The notes under the pieces: generated by a model
What the model saw: only the letters and a program-made list of their open reading frames with translations
What the model was told of the DNA's origin: nothing
Database searches by the model: none
Shown here: piece by piece, positions 35,747-45,011 of the stretch
How the letters are laid out: each line of letters starts with the position of its first letter
Position numbering within the stretch: position 1 is the first letter of the stretch
Program-made: the position numbers and the translations under genes
Assembly (NCBI GenBank): GCA_031418775.1
Contig: JANOJN010000190.1
Location: 9,216 to 73,215, forward strand
Length of the DNA: 64,000 nt
Reading direction: 5' to 3'
Source: Acidimicrobiia bacterium
GTDB lineage: Bacteria; Actinomycetota; Acidimicrobiia; Acidimicrobiales; JANYDT01

Positions 35747-37159
35747 ATGACCGATGTACGTGACGTCGCTGCCGCCCCCGTCGCTGCTCCCGGAACCGCG
35801 CGCGCCCCGGGTCCGTCTCTCCATGATCAGTTGCTCGACGACCCGACCCGGCCGCCGTGGCCCCTTCTAGAGCAATCCCCGGTGTTCCTGGGTGACGCCG
35901 AGATCCCGTTCACCAATTACACGTCGCCCGACTACGCCGCCGCCGAGTACGACCACATGTGGTCCAAGACGTGGCAGTGGGCGTGCCATGTCGACCACAT
36001 CCCGGAGTCGGGTGACTACTACGTCTACGACGTCGGGCCGCACTCCGCGTTGATCGTCCGGACGACCGACGGCACGATCAAGGCGTACTACAACGCCTGC
36101 ATGCACCGCGGCACGCAGTTGCGCAGCCCCGGCACCTGTGGCTTCGCCAACCAATTGAAGTGTCCCTTCCATGGGTGGACCTGGTCGCTCGAAGGTGACC
36201 TTATCGAGATACCCGACCGCTGGGATTTCCCACACGTGACCGACGAGTCACACCGTCTGCCGCAGTTACCGGTTGACGTGTTCGCCGGCTTCGTCTGGGT
36301 GAACTTCGATGCGAACGCGGCGCCGTTGTCGGACTACCTCGGGGTGCTGCCTTCGCATTTTTCCGAGTTCGACATCGGTGCCCGCTACATCGAGACGCAC
36401 GTGCGCAAGCGTCTTCCCTGCAATTGGAAGGCTGCGGCCGAAGCCTTCCTCGAGGCGTACCACGTGCGCGAAACGCACGCGAGCGGCCAGCTCGGTGACG
36501 AGGTCACCACCCAGTACGACGTGTTCGCGCCGAACATCAGCCGATTCGTGCACACCACCGGTCTTGACAGCCCGCAGCGTCCGGCGCTGAGGACCGAGCA
36601 GCAGATCCTCGCCCACCTCACCCGCAACTTGCGCCACGGGATGGACCCACTGGTGTTGCCCGAAGGTATGCGCGCTCGTGATTTCTACGCCGGCCTCGTG
36701 CGGCGTGACATGAGCACGAAGTACGGGCGCGATTTCAGTCACGTGAGCGAGTCGATCACCCTCGACTCGATCGAGTACTTCACCTTTCCGAACGCCTTTT
36801 TCTTCCCCGGTCTGTCGTTGGGGATGGTCTACCGGTTCCGTCCCGACCCGACCTCGATCGATTCCAGCTACTTCGACCTGCTGATGATGCGACCCCGTCC
36901 GCTCGACGGTGAGACACCACCTCCACCGTCGGTGATCGAGCTCGACGTCGATGACAGCTACACCACTGCCAAAGGCCTCGGCGGACTCGGCCGGGTCTAC
37001 GACGAGGACACGGCGAACATGGCCGCCCAGACCCGTGGCTTCCGGTCGAGCCGCAAGGGTTCCCAGACGCTCGGGAACTATCAGGAGGTACGCGCCCGCC
37101 ATCTCCAGCAGCGGGTTCGTGAGTACCTCACGGCCGGCGGGTACGAACCGGCGGACTGA
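35747..37159 (+). CDS. Rieske non-heme iron oxygenase, alpha (catalytic) subunit
   Basis: ATG at 35747 in ORF 35177..37159 gives 470 aa. The Rieske motif is CMHRG..CPFHGW and the mononuclear Fe motif is EAYHVRETH. Confidence 0.85.
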   Translation: MTDVRDVAAAPVAAPGTARAPGPSLHDQLLDDPTRPPWPLLEQSPVFLGDAEIPFTNYTSPDYAAAEYDHMWSKTWQWACHVDHIPESGDYYVYDVGPHSALIVRTTDGTIKAYYNACMHRGTQLRSPGTCGFANQLKCPFHGWTWSLEGDLIEIPDRWDFPHVTDESHRLPQLPVDVFAGFVWVNFDANAAPLSDYLGVLPSHFSEFDIGARYIETHVRKRLPCNWKAAAEAFLEAYHVRETHASGQLGDEVTTQYDVFAPNISRFVHTTGLDSPQRPALRTEQQILAHLTRNLRHGMDPLVLPEGMRARDFYAGLVRRDMSTKYGRDFSHVSESITLDSIEYFTFPNAFFFPGLSLGMVYRFRPDPTSIDSSYFDLLMMRPRPLDGETPPPPSVIELDVDDSYTTAKGLGGLGRVYDEDTANMAAQTRGFRSSRKGSQTLGNYQEVRARHLQQRVREYLTAGGYEPAD

Positions 37160-37172
37160 GCCCCCGAGGGTG

Positions 37173-37655
37173 TCAGCCCCAGATCGGGTCGGGCGAGTCG
37201 CCGCGTCCGCTCGGCACGTACGTGCCGGACATTGTGGGTGCCATCGGCGCCGCCGTCGACCAGTCGTTGCGCAGTGTGCGGTGGGCGATCTTCCATGCGC
37301 CGTCACGCGCCTCGAACCTGTCGATGTAGCGACCGACGAAGGTGTGCAGCCGTCGTCCTTCAGCGGCCTCCTCCACGTGGGTGGCGTGCACGTAGGTCTC
37401 CACCAGTGCGTTGTCGCCGCCCTGGTCGATGGTGGTGTTGCTGATCCGGTGCTGGGTGGCGACGAACTTCTTGCGCAGCGAGGGGAGCGCGTACTCGACG
37501 AAAGCTTCGATCGCCATGGGTTGGGGGCCGTAGTCGACGAGGATCGCGCCGGGGTGGAACGCGGCGGCGACGGATGGTGCATGGAGACGGTCGATACCCC
37601 GGCAGTAACTGCGGAGGGAGTCCTCGATGCTGGCGCGGGTGACGGGATCGGTCAT
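37173..37655 (-). CDS. NTF2-like (SnoaL_4-type) protein
   Basis: 160 aa. It contains LRSYCRGIDRLH..., HRISNTTID...YVHATH and RYIDRFEARDGAWKIAHR, typical of the SnoaL-like/NTF2 fold. Confidence 0.7.
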   Translation of the reverse strand: MTDPVTRASIEDSLRSYCRGIDRLHAPSVAAAFHPGAILVDYGPQPMAIEAFVEYALPSLRKKFVATQHRISNTTIDQGGDNALVETYVHATHVEEAAEGRRLHTFVGRYIDRFEARDGAWKIAHRTLRNDWSTAAPMAPTMSGTYVPSGRGDSPDPIWG

Positions 37656-37665
37656 GGGCGGGAGA

Positions 37666-38748
37666 CTAGTCGCGGAGCCGCGGCATGACCTTCGTGGCGA
37701 TGTCGGTGAGCACCTGCTCTTTCACGTCGAGCGGCGGGAGCACCATGAGCTGGGAGAGACCGGCGGTTTCCAATGCGCGCAGACGATCGGCGATCTGGTC
37801 AGCGGTGCCGACGAGGCAGGTGGATTCGATGAGCTCCTTCGTGATGAATCGCTCCTCTTCGGGGAGCACCCAGCAGTTGTGACCCTGGTGCACCCGAAGG
37901 TGGACCCTCGATGGGTCGGTGTCGGCGAGCATGGCGACGTAGTCGTCCCAGAAGCTGAAGCGGCCCGGTGCGTCCGGTGATCCCGCCTCGCGCCACTGCT
38001 CATAGCTGTAGTGAAGCCCGGCGATGGCAAAGGCGCCGACGCCGGCTCGGACCCGATCGCTGTCGACCGACTCGCCCTCATCGAGGACGAAGACGGTCGT
38101 AAGCGTGCAGGTGAAGTAATTCTCGGGGGTGATCGTGCGGCCGACCGATGTCGCTGCGGCCGAGAGCCGACCCCAGACGCGCTTGACCGCCGAGGGATGG
38201 GGTGGCACCGACATGACCAGGCCGTCGCCATGGGTCGCCGCCAGCGCCATAGCCCGAGGGCCGAAGCCCGAGATGTAGAGGGGGATGCGATGGATGAAGT
38301 CGACGAAGCCCTGGGTGGGCATGAGGTGGCGGACCGGAGCGGTCCTCCCGCGCCAGGTCAGGGGGGCTTCCTCGCCGCTGAGGAGCGGACGGAGTGATTC
38401 GATGTACGCCTCGAATTCGGCGATCGGCATGGGGCGATGGCCCATCACCCGCATTGCGGTGTTGCCGGTTCCGATGCCGCAGAACACCCGACCCGGGGCG
38501 ATGGCGTTGATCGTTGCATGCGCTGCGGCCGTGACCGGAGCGGAGCGTGTTCCGGCGACGGCAACTCCGGTCCCGATGCGGATTCGAGTGGTGCGCGCCG
38601 CGGCGAGTGCCATCGTGGCGTACACGTCGGACCAGATCATTTGGCTATCGGCAAACCAGAGATCGTCGAAGCCGAGCTCCTCGGCGAGCACGGCGTAGTC
38701 GATGTCGGTGATCTGGCTGGCCAGACAGACGCCGAGTTGCATGGTCAT
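37666..38748 (-). CDS. LLM-class (luciferase-like) flavin/F420-dependent oxidoreductase
   Basis: 360 aa. It has an LLM-like N-terminus (LAEELGFDDLWFADSQ) and a TIM-barrel pattern. Its start overlaps the upstream gene stop (ATGA). Confidence 0.85.
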   Translation of the reverse strand: MTMQLGVCLASQITDIDYAVLAEELGFDDLWFADSQMIWSDVYATMALAAARTTRIRIGTGVAVAGTRSAPVTAAAHATINAIAPGRVFCGIGTGNTAMRVMGHRPMPIAEFEAYIESLRPLLSGEEAPLTWRGRTAPVRHLMPTQGFVDFIHRIPLYISGFGPRAMALAATHGDGLVMSVPPHPSAVKRVWGRLSAAATSVGRTITPENYFTCTLTTVFVLDEGESVDSDRVRAGVGAFAIAGLHYSYEQWREAGSPDAPGRFSFWDDYVAMLADTDPSRVHLRVHQGHNCWVLPEEERFITKELIESTCLVGTADQIADRLRALETAGLSQLMVLPPLDVKEQVLTDIATKVMPRLRD

Positions 38749-40274
38749 GGTCGAGGCTCCGATTCGTTCGGTGGGGTGTTGAGGAGGTCGGCCGCAGTGG
38801 CTCGGAGGCGACCGAGTTGGATCTTGTCGCCGTTCGCGCTCGGGGTCGTGGGGAACGCATCAAGCCGGATGATCCGCAGCGGGATCTTGTAGACGGCCAG
38901 CACATTGCGAAGCGCGCTGATCATCGACTCTTCCGACATCGTCGGGTCGCCGGTCACGAAGGCGACCGGCCGTGCGCCGTCGGGCCGTTCCACGGCGACC
39001 ACCTGCGCCCCGGTGACCCCGTCGAACTCGACCAACGCACTTTCGATCTCGGCCGGGGCGACGAGGAAGCCGCCGAGGCGGATCGAGTCACCGAGTCGCG
39101 AAAGGTAGGTGAACGTATGGTCGTCGTCCTCGTGAGCGGCATCACCCGTGCGGAACCACCCGTCGGTGAATGCCCGCCCGGTGAGGTCGGTGTCGATCCG
39201 GTCGCCTCCTTCGGCGAGATAGCCCTCGAACATGCTCGGACCCCGAAGCTGGAGTTCGCCGTCGACGATGCGGAACGCTGCCGCTTCGCTGACCAGCGCG
39301 CCACCGGCGCGCTCGCGATCGGCCACCGCTGATGTGGGCGAGCGGTGTGCGAACAACGCCTGCACCTCGCTCATCCCGTAAAGGCCCGCAAGCGTGCAAC
39401 CACGCTCCTGCGCCCGAGCGGTGATCCCGTCGAGACTCGAGTTGAAGCGCGCGTACCCACCCATGCGAATGGTCGACAGGTCGACTTCGGTGCCGAGCAG
39501 TCGGTGGAACATGTCGTCGCTCCCGTTCACGACGGTGATCCGTTCACGCTCGATGAGCCCACCCGTGACGGTCGGATCGAAGCGATCGGTAAGGACGATG
39601 CGGCAGTTCGCCGCTAGTGCGGCTGTGAAGCTCGACAATCCGAAGGTGCCGCACAACGGCATCACGATCAGTGCCGTATCGCTCTCGTCGTATCCGAACG
39701 AACGGGTGGCGTTCCAGCCGTGGTGGGCGATCGACGCCTGCGTGTGGCGCACCAGCTTCGGCCGGCTCGTCGTCCCCGAGGTGGTGAAGACGACGAACGG
39801 ATCACCCGATCGGGCCTCGTCGAGCAGCCCACCGTTCCCCGTTGCCTCCGTGGCGATGGAGCGAAGGGCGTCGACCGACCGGACGGTGAACGCAGCGCCG
39901 GAGCGCTCGATCACGTCGCCTGCTTCGGCTTCGGTAAAGCGGGTGTTCACCGAGACGAGGACCAGACGTGCAGCCGCGCAGGCGGCAAGCAGCCAGAGAT
40001 AGGTCGGCCCGTTCGGCAACTGCACGGCAACCCGGTCGCCTGGAGCGAGTCCCGAGGACCGCAGCGCGGCTGCCAGTCGGCGACCATCCCGGCCGACCTC
40101 GCGGGCCGAAGTCCTCGTCGCGTCCGGGAGGACGATCGCGGAGGTCGAGGCGTCGAAGAGGTCGAGCACTCGCACGACCTGATCCTGCCATTCCGGATCG
40201 GTGGACGAGGCATCCCACATGGGCGGTTCACCGGCCCGATCGGCCGAGAAATTGGCTGTGTGGGATGTCCGCAT
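38745..40274 (-). CDS. AMP-dependent synthetase/ligase (adenylate-forming enzyme)
   Basis: 509 aa with FTTSGTTSRPKLV and GWFRTGDAAHEDDDHTFTYLSRLGDSIRLGG motifs. Confidence 0.85.
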   Translation of the reverse strand: MRTSHTANFSADRAGEPPMWDASSTDPEWQDQVVRVLDLFDASTSAIVLPDATRTSAREVGRDGRRLAAALRSSGLAPGDRVAVQLPNGPTYLWLLAACAAARLVLVSVNTRFTEAEAGDVIERSGAAFTVRSVDALRSIATEATGNGGLLDEARSGDPFVVFTTSGTTSRPKLVRHTQASIAHHGWNATRSFGYDESDTALIVMPLCGTFGLSSFTAALAANCRIVLTDRFDPTVTGGLIERERITVVNGSDDMFHRLLGTEVDLSTIRMGGYARFNSSLDGITARAQERGCTLAGLYGMSEVQALFAHRSPTSAVADRERAGGALVSEAAAFRIVDGELQLRGPSMFEGYLAEGGDRIDTDLTGRAFTDGWFRTGDAAHEDDDHTFTYLSRLGDSIRLGGFLVAPAEIESALVEFDGVTGAQVVAVERPDGARPVAFVTGDPTMSEESMISALRNVLAVYKIPLRIIRLDAFPTTPSANGDKIQLGRLRATAADLLNTPPNESEPRP

Positions 40275-40333
40275 GGGCTAACTGGGATGGGAGGCGCCCC
40301 CAACGGCCCGCACCCCGAGCGAGCGTCGGCCGG

Positions 40334-40840
40334 TCAGCCGGTGGCGGCCTGTGCTCCGGCTGTCGTCGCAGCCGCGGTGATGAGCGCGTCGAGCCGGTCG
40401 GCGCTCTGCTCCTCCAAGGCCGAACAAGCCGCGAGTTCGGCGATGACGCGGTCGTCGGTTGTCCGGGCGGCGATGTTGCGCCACGCCTGCGCACCCTGAC
40501 GCTCGGCGTTGGCCTGCACCCGCAGCTGATCCCACACGTCCATGCCGCTGAAGGCCTCGTAGTAGGTCTGCTTCGCCCCTGGAAGAGGAGCGACGAGAGT
40601 CTCACGCAACGCCTCGTCGAGCGAGAACACCGATTCGACTCGGTCGGCGATCTCGTCCTCGCTCGCCGCGCACAACAACAACACGTCGGCATGCGCCGGC
40701 AGCATGGCCGCCCATTCCCGGTAGCGATCGGCCGCGCCGCGCTCCAGCAGGGCGAGGAACCTCGGCATGATCGATGGAGGAACCTGGCCGATAAAGGGGG
40801 CGAGGAGCTGTCCGAAGTTCGGTATCTGTAGCTGGGCCAT
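40334..40840 (-). CDS. Hypothetical helical protein
   Basis: ATG at 40840 gives 168 aa. It has repeated acidic helices (ERGAADRY, EDEIADRV, ERQGAQAW, EEQSADRL) and no His ligands. The function is unknown. Confidence 0.45.
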   Translation of the reverse strand: MAQLQIPNFGQLLAPFIGQVPPSIMPRFLALLERGAADRYREWAAMLPAHADVLLLCAASEDEIADRVESVFSLDEALRETLVAPLPGAKQTYYEAFSGMDVWDQLRVQANAERQGAQAWRNIAARTTDDRVIAELAACSALEEQSADRLDALITAAATTAGAQAATG

Positions 40841-40922
40841 GTGGCACGGTACCTGCTCGGGCAGATGGACCGTCAACCGCAGCCCGGACGCGAAACGACC
40901 CCGCCGAGGCGAGGTCGTGGTT

Positions 40923-40943
40923 GCCCGGACGTTGTGCCCGGGC
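40923..40943 (-). terminator. Candidate rpsT terminator hairpin
   Basis: GCCCGG (40923..40928) pairs with CCGGGC (40938..40943), 19 nt downstream of the rpsT stop. A second imperfect hairpin lies at 40895..40918. No U-tract is present. Confidence 0.3.
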
Positions 40944-40961
40944 GGAAGGCGACGAGTGAAC

Positions 40962-41234
40962 TCAGTCGGCCCGGAGCGCAGCGATGCGGTGCATCAGCTT
41001 CGACTTGCGGTTCGCCGCCTGGTTCTTGTGGATGACGCCCTTGGTGGCAGCCTTGTCGATTCGCTTGATGGCGAGGCGAAGGGCATCGGCGCTGGCGTCG
41101 GAAGCCGGATCCTCGGTCGCGATGCGGACGGCGGTCTTGACGCGCGTCTTCAACTCGCTCCGGACCGCTTTGTTGCGGTCCTGGCGCTTGGCGTTGGTGA
41201 GAATGCGCTTCTTCTGGCTCTTGATGTTCGCCAC
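40962..41234 (-). CDS. rpsT: 30S ribosomal protein S20
   Basis: GTG start. The N-terminus reads [30 protein letters not shown]. The protein is 90 aa. Confidence 0.9.
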   Translation of the reverse strand: MANIKSQKKRILTNAKRQDRNKAVRSELKTRVKTAVRIATEDPASDASADALRLAIKRIDKAATKGVIHKNQAANRKSKLMHRIAALRAD

Positions 41235-41429
41235 AGTGTGTCCCGAGGGTGAGAGACCGTTGCCGGTCGGATGAAACGAAACGGACGACGGAAGCATCTC
41301 CGGCGTTCCAAACAGCCGGGAAAGGCTAGCAGCACCGACCCGTCACGCCGAACCTCGGGGCGCAACCTTGTTGACCAGCCCCACCGGTAGGCTCGTCGGC
41401 CCACGAGTAACCCAGGACGTACCTTTCCG

Positions 41430-41486
41430 ATGGACCGTTCCACGATCCGCAATATCTCTCTGCTCAATCGCGGCGGTAGCCGGTGA
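41430..41486 (+). promoter_or_regulatory. 18-codon upstream ORF created by a duplicated lepA 5' end; its stop overlaps the lepA ATG
   Basis: 41429..41458 and 41485..41514 are identical at 29/30 nt. The uORF encodes [18 protein letters not shown], and LepA starts [17 protein letters not shown] 41484..41486 overlaps ATG 41486 (TGATG). Confidence 0.4.
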
Positions 41487-43282
41487 TGGACCGTTCCACG
41501 ATCCGCAACATCTCGATCATTGCCCACATCGACCATGGCAAGTCCACGCTCTCCGACCGCATCCTGGAGCTCACCGGCGCCGTCGAGAAGCGAGACATGC
41601 GGGCGCAGTACCTCGACTCGATGGACATCGAGCGGGAGCGGGGCATCACCATCAAGGCCCAAAACGTCCGGGTGGGCTGGAAATCGAACGACGTCGACCA
41701 CACGATCCACCTGATCGACACCCCTGGCCATGTCGACTTCGGCTACGAGGTTTCCCGATCGCTCGCCGCCTGTGAGGGTGTCGTTCTCGTCGTCGACGCC
41801 GCCCAAGGCATCGAGGCCCAGACTCTCGCCAACTGCTACCTGGCCCTCGAGAGCGACCTCGAGATCGTCGCGTGCCTCAACAAGATCGACCTCCCGGCCG
41901 CTGACCCGGACCGCTACGCCGCCGAGATCGAGAAGGTGCTCGGTATTCCGGCCGACACGATCCTGCGCATCAGCGCCAAGACCGGTGAGGGCGTTCCGGC
42001 CCTGCTCGATGCCGTCTGCCAGCGCATTCCTGCACCCGGCGGTGACCCGGCGGCGCCCCTGCAGGCGCTCATCTTCGATTCGTATTACGACTCGTACCGT
42101 GGCGTCGTCAGCGCTGTGCGGGTGAAGAACGGCCGTCTGCGCACCGGCGATCAGCTCTTTTACATGAATGCACGAGGCCGCCACGACGCCGAGGAGATCG
42201 GTGTCCGCACTCCGTCGAACAAGCCGATCGACACGCTCGGACCGGGCGAGGTCGGCTACCTCATCACCGGCATCAAAGACGTCGCCGAGGCGCGATCCGG
42301 CGAGACGGTCACCCATTGGGGTAAGCAGGCGACCGAAGCATTAGAGGGTTACAAGCAGCCCAAGCCGATGGTGTTCTGCGGCCTCTACCCGATCGACGGT
42401 GACGACTTCCCCCTGCTCCGTGACTCGCTGGAGAAGCTCAAGCTCAACGACGCGTCAATCTCGTACGAACCGGAATCCTCCGGTGCTCTCGGGTTCGGGT
42501 TCCGGTGCGGCTACCTCGGACTGCTCCACATGGAGATCGTCCGCGAGCGGCTCGAGCGCGAGTTCAACCTCGCGCTGATCGCCACTGCCCCCTCGGTCGC
42601 CTATCAGGTCACCACCACCTCAGGCGAGGTGATCCAGGTCGATGCGCCGTCATCGATGCCGCCGGTGAACATGATCGAGAAGATCGAGGAGCCGTTCTTC
42701 CGGGCGTCGATCCTCACCCCGACGGACTACACGGGCACGATCATGGAGCTCTGCCAGCACCGCCGTGGCGAGATGGTCAAGATGGACTACATCTCCGCCG
42801 AGCGCGTCGAGATGGTCTACCGGATCCCGCTGTCCGAGGTCGTCGTCGACTTCTTCGACTCCCTCAAGAGCCGTACGAAGGGCTACGCCTCGCTCGACTA
42901 CGAGCCCGATTCGTATCGGGAGTCGCAGCTCGTCAAGCTCGACATCCTTCTCAACGGTGAGCCCGTCGACGCGTTTTCCTCGATCATCCACCGGGCGAAG
43001 GCGGAGGACTTCGGCCGCAAGATGTGCGCCAAGTTGCGCGAACTCATCCCGCGTCAGATGTTCGACGTGCCGATCCAGGCGGCGATCGGCGGACGGATCG
43101 TCGCCCGTGAGACCGTCAAGGCTCGTCGTAAGGACGTTCTCGCCAAGTGCTACGGCGGCGACATCAGCCGCAAGCGCAAACTGCTCGAAAAGCAGAAGGA
43201 AGGCAAGAAGAAGATGAAGTCGATCGGGCGGGTCGAGGTGCCCCAGGAAGCGTTCATCAGCGCGCTGAAGTTGGACGACTGA
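41486..43282 (+). CDS. lepA: Elongation factor 4 (LepA)
   Basis: It has the motifs [25 protein letters not shown] and NKIDL, plus the LepA C-terminal domain. GTG 41483 is an alternative start. Confidence 0.95.
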   Translation: MDRSTIRNISIIAHIDHGKSTLSDRILELTGAVEKRDMRAQYLDSMDIERERGITIKAQNVRVGWKSNDVDHTIHLIDTPGHVDFGYEVSRSLAACEGVVLVVDAAQGIEAQTLANCYLALESDLEIVACLNKIDLPAADPDRYAAEIEKVLGIPADTILRISAKTGEGVPALLDAVCQRIPAPGGDPAAPLQALIFDSYYDSYRGVVSAVRVKNGRLRTGDQLFYMNARGRHDAEEIGVRTPSNKPIDTLGPGEVGYLITGIKDVAEARSGETVTHWGKQATEALEGYKQPKPMVFCGLYPIDGDDFPLLRDSLEKLKLNDASISYEPESSGALGFGFRCGYLGLLHMEIVRERLEREFNLALIATAPSVAYQVTTTSGEVIQVDAPSSMPPVNMIEKIEEPFFRASILTPTDYTGTIMELCQHRRGEMVKMDYISAERVEMVYRIPLSEVVVDFFDSLKSRTKGYASLDYEPDSYRESQLVKLDILLNGEPVDAFSSIIHRAKAEDFGRKMCAKLRELIPRQMFDVPIQAAIGGRIVARETVKARRKDVLAKCYGGDISRKRKLLEKQKEGKKKMKSIGRVEVPQEAFISALKLDD

Positions 43283-43354
43283 CCATTCCTCTTCCGTGTC
43301 GCGGTCGGACGCTGCTTTCGTATCTCGGGACGACAGTGCGCGTAGGTTGAAGAC

Positions 43355-43756
43355 ATGGCAACGATCCCGCAGGAAATCGAACAAGCGCAGTACATCTCGC
43401 TGTCGACGTTTCGACGCAATGGGACCGCCGTGGCGACAGCCGTCTGGTTCGCGACCGACGGCGGCAAGATCTACCTCTACAGCGCCCTCGATGCCGGGAA
43501 GATGAAGCGGGTACGGGCGACCGCAAGGGTCACCGTCGTTTCGTGTGATGTGAAGGGCAAGGTAACCGCGGGCGCCGTGCCGTTGGCGGGGAGCGCCGTC
43601 GAACTGCCGGCTGAGCGCGGATCCTTCGTCCATGGCCTGCTCAATCGCAAGTACGGCTGGAAGAAGCATGCGATGGAGTTCTTCATGGTGATCCCGGAGA
43701 AGCTCCGCATTCGCAAGGCGAGCCAAGACGGGTTCGTCGAGATCACCCTCGATTGA
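43355..43756 (+). CDS. PPOX-class probable F420-dependent enzyme (PNPOx fold)
   Basis: 133 aa. The sequence YISLSTFRRNGTAVATAVWFATDGGKIYLYSALDAGKMKRV is typical of this class. Confidence 0.8.
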   Translation: MATIPQEIEQAQYISLSTFRRNGTAVATAVWFATDGGKIYLYSALDAGKMKRVRATARVTVVSCDVKGKVTAGAVPLAGSAVELPAERGSFVHGLLNRKYGWKKHAMEFFMVIPEKLRIRKASQDGFVEITLD

Positions 43757-43828
43757 GGCTTACGACCCGCTGACAATCGTTCGCCTTTGCCGGCGGTCGA
43801 GCGACTCCCGACGGGTCGCTTGCGGCAA

Positions 43829-43894
43829 AACGCCTCCCAGCGTCGTTGGGAGGCGTTCTGCCCCCAGATATGGGGGCAACCTCTCTCCCAACGA
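43829..43894. repeat. Structured intergenic repeat, copy A (hairpin plus conserved 35-nt tail)
   Basis: The hairpin AACGCCTCCCA-gcgtcgt-TGGGAGGCGTT is at 43829..43857. The tail GCCCCCAGATATGGGGGCAACCTCTCTCCCAACGA is at 43860..43894. On the minus strand the hairpin is followed by TTTT, so it could terminate the SPFH gene. Confidence 0.7.
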
Positions 43895-43908
43895 CGGGGA
43901 TGGCGGGT

Positions 43909-44946
43909 TTACGGCACCGTGGTGGGGGTTGCCGTGACCGTCGCTGCTGCTGCGGCTTCGGCGGTGGCCGTGGAAACCGGGCTTGGGCTGCCGACGTTGT
44001 TCGTCGGGGTCAGGAAGACGTTCGGGCTGGCTCCCTGGGGGAGGAAGTAGACCTGGTTGCCGTTCTTGTAAACCGCTTCGATCTGACGGAGTTGGATGAG
44101 CCCCGGGGTGAGCGACTCGGCGATCAGACGGTTCGCGGATGCTTCGCCGTCTGCAGCGATCTTCTTGGCGTCGGCCTGGCCCTTGGCTTCGATCCTCGAC
44201 TGCTCCGCACGCTTCTCCGAGACGAGACGATTCGTTTCGGCCTCGGTCTCCTTTTGCTTGCGCTCGATGGCGACACGCTGGGCGGCCGCCTCGGCGCCGA
44301 TCGAGGCGTTGACCTGCTCTTGGATGTTCTCGGGGAGGTAGATCTCACGGATGTCGACCGTGGCGACGTCGATGCCTTCCTTTTCGAACTTCTCCTTCAG
44401 CGCCGAGAACACCCGACTCTGGATCTCGCCGCGCTTGGTGGTGATGGCGTCCTTAGCGTTGTAGGCACCGAACACGTCACGCATCGTCGAACGCACGGCT
44501 GGGCGAACGATGCGCTCGCGAATGTCGACCTCGTCCCTGATGGTGCGGAAGAGGTTGACGGCCTCGGCCTTGTTGAGTCGGTAGTTGATGGTCACATCGA
44601 CGTTCATCCGGGCGCCTTCGAGCGAAGCCACTTCGATCGAGTCGTCGCCGGTGCGGTCACCTTCGCCGCCGGCGCGAATCATCGATGTCTGCTGCAGACG
44701 AGTCGAATAGACTTTCACCTTGCCGCCGACGGGCGAGATGAGGTGCCAGCCCGGGTTCAGGGTTCCCTGCACCTTGCCACGAACGATCTCGACGCCGATT
44801 TCGTTCGCATCCACGGAGACGAACGAGCGGCTGAGCAGGTTGACGCCGGCCAGCACGACGACGACACCGCCGATCAGAAAACCGAGGCGTCGTGGTTTGG
44901 GGAACTTGGGGAGCTGGCTGGGGTCGATCTTGAAACCTTGTGACAT
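43909..44946 (-). CDS. SPFH/Band 7 (prohibitin/HflC-like) membrane protein
   Basis: ATG at 44946. It has an N-terminal TM helix, an SPFH core (VDVTINYRL.., DVATVDIREIYLPENIQ), an Ala/Glu-rich coiled coil and a Thr/Ala-rich tail. Confidence 0.85.
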   Translation of the reverse strand: MSQGFKIDPSQLPKFPKPRRLGFLIGGVVVVLAGVNLLSRSFVSVDANEIGVEIVRGKVQGTLNPGWHLISPVGGKVKVYSTRLQQTSMIRAGGEGDRTGDDSIEVASLEGARMNVDVTINYRLNKAEAVNLFRTIRDEVDIRERIVRPAVRSTMRDVFGAYNAKDAITTKRGEIQSRVFSALKEKFEKEGIDVATVDIREIYLPENIQEQVNASIGAEAAAQRVAIERKQKETEAETNRLVSEKRAEQSRIEAKGQADAKKIAADGEASANRLIAESLTPGLIQLRQIEAVYKNGNQVYFLPQGASPNVFLTPTNNVGSPSPVSTATAEAAAAATVTATPTTVP

Positions 44947-44980
44947 GTCCGTCCTCTCGGGAGCGCGGCAACGGGGGGAT

Positions 44981-45001
44981 TGTTGCAACTAGATGTTGCA
45001 A
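44981..45001. promoter_or_regulatory. Two TGTTGCAA boxes (palindromic TTGCAA cores) in the SPFH/TetR divergent spacer
   Basis: Boxes lie at 44981..44988 and 44994..45001, 13 bp apart centre to centre. They sit between the starts at 44946 (-) and 45012 (+). Confidence 0.4.
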
Positions 45002-45011
45002 TATAGACTCT

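Noticed and set aside
41150-42316. 388-aa minus-strand ORF overlapping rpsT upstream and lepA
   Set aside because: It is antisense to lepA, whose GTPase motifs are unambiguous.
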